Shown here: positions 1 through 8,161 of the stretch, piece by piece | How the letters are laid out: each line of letters starts with the position of its first letter | Position numbering within the stretch: the first letter of the stretch is position 1 | Assembly: GCA_018985225.1 (NCBI GenBank) | Contig: JADGIF010000210.1 | Span: 1 to 14,557, forward strand | Reading direction: 5' to 3' | Source: Amoeboradix gromovi X-113 | Lineage: Eukaryota; Fungi; Sanchytriomycota | Length of the DNA stretch: 14,557 nt | Made by a program: the position numbers and the translations under genes | The notes under the pieces: model-generated | Seen by the model: the letters and a program-made list of their open reading frames with translations, nothing else | Databases searched by the model: none | What the model was told of the DNA's origin: nothing

Positions 1-209
1 GTTTTGCTTAGAGCACCATTACAAGTCACGCCCTTAATTACAAGGTTTGTGAATCTTATTAACATCCAATCACTATCTTTAATTCGTTTTGCTCTTACAT
101 CACAAAACACAGTCTTTGACATGAACCCAGTTTGATTGGAACATAATGAAGCGAGATGATATTAAAGTTGAACATGGCCCCATAACAAATGGAGAAGTAA
201 ATAGATTGT

Positions 210-245
210 CTGTGTCGGCACATGGCGTGGTGATCTAACTGGGAC
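210..245 (+). repeat. Degenerate duplicate of the 5' end of the DUF2235 gene
   Basis: ctgtgtcggcacatggcgtggtgatctaactgggac (210-245) matches ctgtgatggcacatggtgcggtgatccaactgggac (361-396) at 31/36 nt. Looser similarity extends back to an ATG at 189. Confidence 0.85.
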
Positions 246-340
246 TTACCTTCATAAAATTTCAAGTTCCAGAACTGTCTAAATTAAATGGCGTGATATT
301 TTCATAAATTGACACCACGGGTTTTCCTTGAAGCACAGAT

Positions 341-1681
341 ATGAAAAGAATAATTGTTTGCTGTGATGGCACATGGTGCGGTGATCCAACTGGGACCTCA
401 ACAAACATCAAGATTATTGCGCAAGCATTTGCAGGTCCTCATAAAATCAAATCTGGCAAAGCGGTGCGACATTGTGACAATATCGTTTGTTATTTCAATG
501 GGTGCGGTGTTGATGGATCCATCACAGATTATTTTAGGAATGGCGCATTAGGCGAAGATATTAAAAGTAGATGCTTAGAAGCGTACACGTTTATCGTGGA
601 TAACTTTGATTTAGGCGATCAGGTATGGATGTTTGGATTAAGTAGAGGCGCATTTACGATCAGATCTGTAGCAGGTATCATTAACAATGTTGGTATAATT
701 AGTCGTACAAAATTGATACGCTTGTACGGTGATGGGGTAGAAGACGCAATGGAAAAGCTATGTAATCAAGCTTATGTGATTTACAAAGACAAAGGCTCAG
801 AATACAAACCGCGTGCTGATTTCCCACTAAAGTTCAAAGCGAAATATTCATATACTGATATTTATGACTCAGGTGTAGATTGTGTCTCTACCTGCACGAG
901 CAAGTGCAAGAATGAAAAGAACTCTTGTACCGAGTTCTGTTTAACCTCTCCTCCTATAGAGTTTATGGGTCTGTTAGACACTGTTGGTGCTTTGGGTATT
1001 CCAAGATTTCAAGATGACAATTATCTAGAATACGGGTTCTATGATACTAACATTACTAGTGAGGTCAAGAATGTCTATCAAGCTCTCTCTGTGCATGATA
1101 ATTTAGCAGTATTTCAGCCGTGTTTTGCCAAAAGAAACCCAAATTCGAAGAGATGGGAAGGGGTCTCCAAGGCAACTATCGAGGTATGGTTTCCGGGTGC
1201 GCATTATGATATTGGAAGACAAAAATTCATTCTCTTTAGAAACACAAAACCTGTAGCAGGTGTTATCGGCAGTTTGTTGTCTTTAGGTGAAAGCATGTTG
1301 CGAAGCATCTCTTCCCGAATATTAGTAATTTCTTTTGATGAGCAGTACTCCAGAAACGTGTTTTGCTGGATGGTTGGGTGTATCAATAAAGAAGCAAATG
1401 CTCAATTAATTAACGAGTCAGCGTATGACTTAGCGATTCAGGGTGATGAATGGTCGTTTTTACCTCCATTTAGAAAGAATGCATACGAAAAATTGTTGTA
1501 TTTGATGCCATCCAAGATATTGAGAGATCGATTTATCCCACCTCATGAGAAGAGCATCTTTTATAAATGCAAGAAAGGTGGCGAGGCACAATATTTATCA
1601 TCTATCAATGGGCAACATTCTAAATCATATGATAATAGAGTAGTATTGAGAGACTTGAGCAGTATTGAGTTTACATTATAG
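341..1681 (+). CDS. DUF2235 / T6SS Tle1-like alpha/beta-hydrolase domain protein (putative lipase/phospholipase), 446 aa
   Basis: Family hallmarks seen in the translation: N-terminal KRIIVCCDGTW, nucleophile elbow FGLSRGA (Ser101), GLLDTVGALG (Asp213), YQALSVH and EVWFPGAHYDIG (His288). AATAAA at 1690-1695, just after the stop. Confidence 0.93.
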   Translation: MKRIIVCCDGTWCGDPTGTSTNIKIIAQAFAGPHKIKSGKAVRHCDNIVCYFNGCGVDGSITDYFRNGALGEDIKSRCLEAYTFIVDNFDLGDQVWMFGLSRGAFTIRSVAGIINNVGIISRTKLIRLYGDGVEDAMEKLCNQAYVIYKDKGSEYKPRADFPLKFKAKYSYTDIYDSGVDCVSTCTSKCKNEKNSCTEFCLTSPPIEFMGLLDTVGALGIPRFQDDNYLEYGFYDTNITSEVKNVYQALSVHDNLAVFQPCFAKRNPNSKRWEGVSKATIEVWFPGAHYDIGRQKFILFRNTKPVAGVIGSLLSLGESMLRSISSRILVISFDEQYSRNVFCWMVGCINKEANAQLINESAYDLAIQGDEWSFLPPFRKNAYEKLLYLMPSKILRDRFIPPHEKSIFYKCKKGGEAQYLSSINGQHSKSYDNRVVLRDLSSIEFTL

Positions 1682-1689
1682 GGGACGTC

Positions 1690-1695
1690 AATAAA
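1690..1695 (+). promoter_or_regulatory. Polyadenylation signal AATAAA; equivalents at 9468-9473 (+), and 6812-6817, 9565-9570, 10224-10229, 11324-11329 (-)
   Basis: The hexamer lies within about 15 nt of, or overlaps, six stop codons. Confidence 0.6.
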
Positions 1696-1898
1696 TAAAA
1701 TTTGATATAGATTGAAATCGCAGTACTCTGTTTGTTAGATTATGGTTTGAATCGTTTAACGCTCTAAAATATTTTTGCAAATTTATATTTGAAAAACTTT
1801 GGGGTCTTAGTTCTTCAATACTAAACTTAAGATATCACGCTAGTGCGAATGAATAATTTGACCATTGTTTTACTAATAAAGTTAAAAATTCATGTAGT

Positions 1899-3274
1899 TC
1901 AGTATGGTACCCTGCTCTTCCAAATAGCAAATCTATCTATGTTTTCTAAATTTAACTCAGGTTTGTCCACATTGTTCTCTTTGTTTGAGACACCTTTGAT
2001 GATTTTCTCTTTAGGAATTGAATGTACAGGGACATACATGAAATCATTTGGACCTCCAATCACAGTATCGATTTCTGGTTCATTTGCCAAGAATCTTGAT
2101 TTATTGTACAGCTGCTGTCTAGTCAATGCGCGCATCGCCCAAAGTAATGCATAAATGACTACTACAAAGGAAATGTAGCTTTGGTTGTCGAACCCAGGTT
2201 CCTTTGAGAAGATGTCCAAATCTGAATTACCAAACCATCTTGGAATGATGTTCAGTAGGTTATTTGTAAACTATATGAATAAAAAATACAAGTACTACTG
2301 TCGGTACTACGCCGAATCCCAATCTTCTAGATACGTTGCCAGGTAGGTGAGATTTTCGAAGTACATCTCGAGCGATTACTTGGGAGAATAAATGAAATAC
2401 TGATGGCTTTATCCCATTAAACTTGGTTATAAACGAGTGCTTAAGCCAGTCTACTAAAAATTCACTTAGTATCACTGTTAATAATGGATCTATTATATAT
2501 AGCAGCGAATCAGGCAGAAGCCAATCAGGCAGAATCAAAAGAGATTGGCCATGTGGCTCACTGGAATCCGATATATTACGAAGGAACGTTAGAAATACAA
2601 AGATAGATATATGAAACCGCTCCACAATATCGCTGCAGCCAAGCTGAAATAAATTCTCAGCTTCGAATTTCTTGAAAACGCTAGTTTTTAATTCAGCGAA
2701 TTGGTTTGATATTAAAAGAGTTAGCAGAGCGTTATTATGTGAGTTAACTGCTACGTTAAGAGCAACCAATTGAAAAAGAAGAACCATAGTATGAACTGCT
2801 CCATAAAATACCAACACTGCTATGCTGGCTATAAACGTCAGTATAGTGTATACTGAATCTATTATTGTATTAAAATTAGATTTTTGGGACATGGTTATGT
2901 CGATAATATCTAAACCAAAGCTGGCACACAATTTGTCAGCTACCTCCAAGGTGTTGAAAATAACGTACAACTTAATGACGCTTTGGCCCCTAACGAAGTG
3001 ATATAAATAAGCTATGTCTAAGTCTAAAAATGTTACTAGTATACATATTGTGGTAAACAAAATTACATCAATTCTTTTTCGATATTGCAATATTCTAATT
3101 GGAAGTGTTGTAAATACATCTAAAAAAGTATCTAGACATACTAGGTATCCAATATTTATGAACTTCTCAAATTGCTTTGGTACTTTGTATGTATTCTTAA
3201 TACGCTGATGCTTCCATTCATCAAAGTTGTTCAAGGAGGTCATGAGACAGAAATTCAAAAACTGAGCTCATCAT
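1899..3274 (-). CDS. TAPT1: TAPT1/EMP65-family (DUF747) multi-pass ER membrane protein. Exons about 3274 or 3243 to 2290, and 2270 to 1899. Start is either ATG 3243 (in frame) or ATG 3274/3271 via a +1 shift
   Basis: Motifs VPKQFEKF..G.LVCLD.FL..FT.LPIR, YHFVRGQSVIKLYVIFN.LEVADKLC.SFG.D, LNVAVNSHNNALLTLLISNQFAELK.SVFKKF..ENLFQL.CSDIVERF, SE.LVDWLKHSFITKFN, SRRLGF. Splicing out 2271-2289 joins the 332-aa and 106-aa ORFs and restores the family C-terminal motif LENIDRFAIWKSRVPY. Confidence 0.92.
2271..2289 (-). other. Predicted 19-nt spliceosomal intron in TAPT1 (GTATTTTTTATTCATATAG)
   Basis: Canonical GT...TAG ends, U/A-rich body. Removal gives the continuous frame VVPTVVL|FTNNLLNIIPRWFGNSDLDIFSKEPG into ORF 1899..2219. 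Confidence 0.85.
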
Positions 3275-3844
3275 ATTTGATAAGGTTCTCGATCCATGTA
3301 TTTAATGGCTATCTATTGAATGTCTGGTGGACTACTTTGTTGCTATTTCATTTCTCACATGCGGCAAGCAACTCCTTAAAGCGTGTCCTATGATCACGAA
3401 CGCATAGGTATCGATACCATTTACGAGCAGTACTAATCTTAGCTCGATTCGTTATTCTGGGTTTTAAGAATTGAAGGCATTCTGCATTATGGAAGAAGTG
3501 CTTTTGACAATATTGTTAATGATTTACTAAGTTCCATGACTGTACTGAAATAATGATGAGGCTACTTTATCACTGCTCCTTGGATTGGTTTGTAACATAT
3601 TGATATCCATTTGAGATTAATAAAACTAAGAAACATTGGGGACTTTTTCAACAGTTTGCTACCAACGTACTGCATGGTTATAGCTAGCGCTTTTCCAAGC
3701 TAAATATGCCCTATTTTTAACCATATGTATCGAAGTGGACAAAGGTTAACAACGATTGCCTTTGACCAGATCATCCTTTTTACGGCATCCACCTTAGCGT
3801 TTGTCTGTTTTTAGTGACGTGGTGTGGTATTTTTGAAATTGAAA

Positions 3845-4396
3845 TCAATTTGAATTGATTTTCTCAGTCAAGTCTTTTATTCTATAAAGCAACGAACTCT
3901 TCATGTCACTAACTATTCTTAGTTCTTCTTTATACTGCTCAACAAGATCATTATTATCTACAACTTCGAACGGATTGAGCCATAAAATGTGATTATATAA
4001 TGATGTTATTGGCATGGTAATTCTGTCAAAGTTAATGATCCCATTAATGAAGTAAGAGAAGGAACCAAATAGCAGTCCAAAGCTACCAAAAATAAAAATA
4101 TTATTTTTTCTCCCAATTGCATATACAGTTCCAGTCAATAGTCCGCTTATTGATTTCTGAGTGAGGTTGTAGAATTCACTATTTATTATATGTTCTGGAA
4201 TACTCCTCAACATAATTGGTGCTTCTAGTGGGCGAGATAACACTTGATTTGATAAGTACCACGTTGATGTGCATGCCAAAAACCCTAGAGCTTGCAAATG
4301 GAACCTGGTACTACTGCTTTTATTTTGAGTCATGAATGCATATATCAAAGCATACGGCACAGTGTTACCAATGTTTATGGCAGTTTCTTTGTCCAT
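3845..4396 (-). CDS. Hypothetical multi-pass membrane protein with C-terminal coiled coil; possibly a Tim17/22/23-like fungal family
   Basis: 183-aa ORF with ATG and Gly-rich hydrophobic helices (ISGLLTGTVYA; IFIFGSFGLLFGSFSYFING), followed by WLNPFEVVDNNDLVEQYKEELRIV...IKDLTEK coiled-coil pattern. The family assignment is recollection only. Confidence 0.7.
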   Translation of the reverse strand: MDKETAINIGNTVPYALIYAFMTQNKSSSTRFHLQALGFLACTSTWYLSNQVLSRPLEAPIMLRSIPEHIINSEFYNLTQKSISGLLTGTVYAIGRKNNIFIFGSFGLLFGSFSYFINGIINFDRITMPITSLYNHILWLNPFEVVDNNDLVEQYKEELRIVSDMKSSLLYRIKDLTEKINSN

Positions 4397-4917
4397 GGAA
4401 CTCCCCTTTGAAACAAAAACGATTACAAGATATGAGAGACTCCTGAGGCGGGTTCAGCATGGCTGCAGATATTTAGACTATTTGTTACTTGTTGCCTTAT
4501 GGTGTCCTCACTTCCAAACCACGGCTTGCGTATTTTTATCTCTTGGTTTGCCATTCTTTGGTGATACGCATCTTGTATACATTTGCCAGCAATGGCTTTG
4601 TTTTCCGCACCAATTTCTTTCTATGATTGGGCTTATCAATAACAACTGGGACACCTTCAACTGATATTGTAGTTCAAACTTAATTATTAGGCTAATTTCT
4701 TATAGCCAGTTAAGTAGATTTAAAATGTAAAGCAAATTTTATAAAGTCGATTGACTGCTTATGCAACCTTTTGTTATTAAAGATACATGTAGGGAAAAAC
4801 AACTACTGATATGTGCTGATAGGAATGTTTTAAAAATAAAAGATCCAGTGTGTCTAAATAATAGATTCACGTACTATTAATGCAATCAAAAGTGTTAAAC
4901 TAAATCTAATGATAAAG

Positions 4918-5402
4918 TCACAAACCAGGTATTATGTGATTTAAGAATAAACCTGACAATATCGCTGTTCCAATGTTATAAAAGCAATCATGTGCTCGAA
5001 AAAAGTTCTTTTGCGGAGATTGTAAACCCTGCAATCCGTAATTGCAATTATGAATGCGTTGAATTGAATAAAATCGACTCATAGCCGTATCTGATTCCCG
5101 AACAAGTCTTCTTGATTTTCTAAAGCTCGTACGCTCATCATAACTCTTAATAAATTCTTCGACCTGCATACTCGGTTTAATCCATTGAGCGCTATACGAT
5201 TTTTAGCATCTTTTTTCAAAATTGTAATTTTAGTTGATTTGTTGTACGTAAAGCAGTATGTATCTGGTTTATCGTAATGCATGATGGTGTTTGCTTGTGT
5301 AAATTCAAACTGATCCAAGTTTATAAAAGGTCTCGAATCTTTCAACACATCCAGCAGAACCTCAAAAACTCTCTTTTCATATTCAAAACAATGGAAACCC
5401 AT
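4918..5402 (-). CDS. Hypothetical protein split over two overlapping frames (small intron or frameshifted pseudogene)
   Basis: ORFs 5079..5402 and 4918..5169 overlap. A 26-nt GTATG...AAG segment (5146-5171) would join them in frame. No family recognised. Confidence 0.4.
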
Positions 5403-5510
5403 CCTCTACACCCGAAATGAAATGAATGAGTTGTAAAATGAGAAAACATTAATTATAGCAGTCTTCAACCTACACAAGACGCCGTAAACGTCTCCTATCA
5501 CGTGTTGATT

Positions 5511-6239
5511 ATGAATGCTATTTCTGATTATCCACTTATGAAACAGCACATTAAGTGTTTTCTTTCAACAAGATCAAATCAGAAGTTTGATTTGCATGAA
5601 TTGCTGAAGAATGAGGCATATAACTCTATTAAGAACAACCCAAAAGGATTAGATCAAAATCAGTTAATTACAAGTTTAGTGCAAATGGAAGGTGTGAAGG
5701 CTCAGATGGAAGGTGCAAAGGCTCAAAAATGGAATTCTTATGCCGTTTTTTCTCAGGCAGTGGCTATTTTCTTAATTGGAGGAATTGTATGGCACTTACA
5801 GTCAGTTCATGAGAAACAGCTATGGGAAGAAAAAAGATCGTTTAAAATGTTGGAATGGTTGCGTGATGTAGGAACTGGTGAGAAGCATTCAATCCATAGC
5901 GAATCATCTGTGAAGTTGTATGATTTTAAGAACAAGTACAGCGAAAAGGCCAAGATGCAATTTGAGAAAGGTGTCTTAGAATCCAGAAAAGGTGAATTTG
6001 ATAAAGAATGGACTTTGGTGAATCAAAGTCGATCGAAGGTGAAAGACTACAAGAGAGAAAAGGAGATTCTTGATGTAATGGTTGAATCTGAAACTAGCAA
6101 AGGTTCATTATCTCAGCAATACTGGGGTCACGTTAAAGACGATATGAATAGAAGGGTGGCTTTAATTAATGAAAATTTAAAAGTTTTCTTAGATCCTAAA
6201 TGTTCGGATCCTCACTCGGATCTATTGCTATTTCGCTAA
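5511..6239 (+). CDS. Hypothetical single-pass membrane protein with charged helical C-terminal region
   Basis: About 242-codon ORF from the first ATG (5511), one hydrophobic segment (YAVFSQAVAIFLIGGIVWHL), K/E-rich remainder. Confidence 0.75.
   Translation: MNAISDYPLMKQHIKCFLSTRSNQKFDLHELLKNEAYNSIKNNPKGLDQNQLITSLVQMEGVKAQMEGAKAQKWNSYAVFSQAVAIFLIGGIVWHLQSVHEKQLWEEKRSFKMLEWLRDVGTGEKHSIHSESSVKLYDFKNKYSEKAKMQFEKGVLESRKGEFDKEWTLVNQSRSKVKDYKREKEILDVMVESETSKGSLSQQYWGHVKDDMNRRVALINENLKVFLDPKCSDPHSDLLLFR
5682..5726 (+). repeat. 21-bp in-frame tandem duplication (QMEGVKA-QMEGAKA-Q)
   Basis: caaatggaaggtgtgaaggct followed by cagatggaaggtgcaaaggct. Confidence 0.9.
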
Positions 6240-6404
6240 CTCGAGGTGAAGTAGAGTTGGAAGTCATAAGTTGTTTTACTAAAGGAATTGTTCCTATTTA
6301 TAGTTTTCCATGATCACGGTGCTTACCAGTGATCGCAACTTATTCGTCTCCTAGGTCTCCTGTGACCTATGAGGTATTTATCTGATTGAACTCCAGGTCC
6401 ACAA

Positions 6405-6785
6405 CTATATTAGCAGGGGACTGTGTAATCCTGTGACCGGACAGGGTCTCAACAGTTCCCTCATCGGACAGATACTTAGCAGCCTTGTTGAGTTCATACA
6501 GGTTTTACGACGGTCTTTGTTCCAGCTATTGTAATTAATTCTAAAGTTTCTTAAAGATTCAATCATTTCAAACAGACATTGCTTTTGACAACATTCAAAT
6601 GATACAGATTCAGAAACCCGCTCTTCTACCGATTGAATATTCTCTTCAATGTCTGAACTGTTTTTTATTTCTTCCATTAATTCTTCTTCACGCGGCATTG
6701 AATTAAAATATGATTCTTGCGTGTTGAATGGATTGTTGTTGTTGGAATTTATTGTTTTGAGGAGAAGTTTTGAAATGTTTTTGCT
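6405..6785 (-). pseudogene. Truncated ORF with CCxxxC motif resembling the N-terminal region of Sola-like DNA transposases
   Basis: Acidic low-complexity leader, then ECCQKQCLFEMIESLRNFRINYNSWNKDRRK. The frame is open from 6785 (ATG at 6698) and ends in compositionally different sequence. No DDD/E domain is present, and the similarity is by recollection. Confidence 0.35.
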
Positions 6786-6815
6786 TTAAGAGAAGATTTA
6801 AACAAAAAAAGTTTA

Positions 6816-7232
6816 TTAAGGATTTCCAATAATTTCTTCTTCGTCAGTGTCTTTTAATCTGAATGGAAAACGAAATTTTCCATGAATTTCCATTAGAGGT
6901 AAAACTAAATCTGGAATTGATTCACGTTCTTCATTTATAAAATAATGACACCATTTACAAAACTCTCCAATAGTTGGAGGTGGCGCCATTGGATTTACTA
7001 TATCATAGTCGTTTGAAAATGAGTTCTAATATGTAGAAAGACAAACGGTCAAGTAATAAGCTAAATTTTTTCTTGTAAATCTGTATTTACCCATAGCCGT
7101 GACAGTTCTATTTTCTTGTTCAAGTATTTCAGCAGTTTTTTCCTTTGCTTGCAAAACTCGAATCTAGCCATCATGTCTTTCAAAATATTTCCAAAACTCA
7201 TAATATAGCACTTTTGAGTTTGGTGGAGCCAT
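6816..7232 (-). pseudogene. 138-codon reading frame interrupted by two in-frame TAG codons
   Basis: MAPPNSKVLYYEFWKYFERHDG*IRVLQAKEK...VCLSTY*NSFSNDYDIVNPMAPPPTIGEFCKWCHYF...EEEIIGNP*. TAGs at 7164-7166 and 7026-7028. A-rich start context (TATAAAAATG). AATAAA overlaps the terminal TAA. Confidence 0.65.
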
Positions 7233-8161
7233 TTTTATAGTGTAAAATCTCATTTCTATTTAAATATATACAAATTAATTTTATTGGTTTAAACGTAAAA
7301 TCGGTGTTTGATTGGCTTAGGACATTATGTCAAAATAAGCATGTTAATCACGTGTTACAAATTGTTTTGGAAATATCAACAATTCCAACCATCCAATTTG
7401 AAATCGGATTAGAAAATTAGATACATCTTCTAAAGCGCTATCAAGTAGTGTTAAAGTCTAAAACATGCTTAAAAGTGACTTAGGGGCATTATGTCAGGAT
7501 TGGTCCCATATGATCCCTATCTATTTGCAAATGACAATTGGTGCAAGCGCAGCTCTTCAAATTGGTTTTTTAAAATTTGAACAGCTTTTACTGCATAATA
7601 AGTATCAAGATATGGCGTTGTTACACACACAAGACATACGAATTATTAAATAAATGGTACACGGGTTTATTTATCGTTGATCTCTTTCTAGGCATTGAAA
7701 GGCACTTAATTGTTCCATGTTTGGGCCAGTTCCTGAACTTTGACGAATGTACACTCTACCGACTAGTTATTTCTTTAGATTTGACATATTCAGGATTAAA
7801 TCCATTGATTCCATTTACAATTTATGAAAGTGAAGAATGCCGAGTATTTAAAGTAATGGAAAAACATGTAAAAGTCATGCAATTATGTAAAAATAAATAC
7901 AGACTCTCGATAAATGAGTAATTCTACAAGGTTCAAAGTGTATTTTTACAGAGTTTAAATCGTACAAAGATTGCTTTAGATGTCTTGGGTCTATTTCACA
8001 AGTATAACTTGTCGGGCATTAGAGCGATTTAACAACATTTTGATTGGGTTTCCGCCAATATTATTTCAATTTTATGAGCACCCAATCCTCTAAGCTGAAT
8101 GTTCCTTGCAACTTTAATTTCTGATTTAAAAGGCAAACCTATCTTCTAGGACAGCAACCGG

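Larger units (their letters stand above)
6405..7507 (-). mobile_element. Possible truncated DNA-transposon remnant, 5' end near 7507
   Basis: Two decayed same-strand ORFs, a motif repeated at 7316-7332 and 7479-7496, and a candidate terminus GGGACC abutting ATAT (7508-7511). A partner TIR was not found. Confidence 0.3.

Noticed and set aside
1-160. Open frames on both strands at the left edge
   Set aside because: Too short and truncated to decide which, if either, is coding.
354-3393. Short ORFs 354..551, 1204..1386, 1843..2154, 2423..2614, 3014..3208, 3172..3393
   Set aside because: Alternative-frame or antisense shadows of the DUF2235 and TAPT1 genes, with no motifs.
3349-3610. Minus-strand open stretches upstream of TAPT1 (MDINMLQ..., QYCQKHFF...CEK*) as extra 5' exons
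   Set aside because: I found no GT-AG combination that joins them in frame to TAPT1, and no recognisable homology.
4332-4680. Plus-strand 110-aa ORF and minus-strand open stretches (TTISVEGVP..., KEIGAENKAIAGKC...)
   Set aside because: No credible start or family similarity. It could be a decayed gene but I cannot support a call.
6417-6436. ggggactgtgtaatcctgtga as the partner TIR of the 7507 terminus
   Set aside because: It needs gaps to align, is too short, and has no matching ATAT target duplication.
7465-7921. ORFs 7465..7653 and 7577..7921
   Set aside because: No motifs, atypical composition, and the longer one starts at a non-ATG codon.
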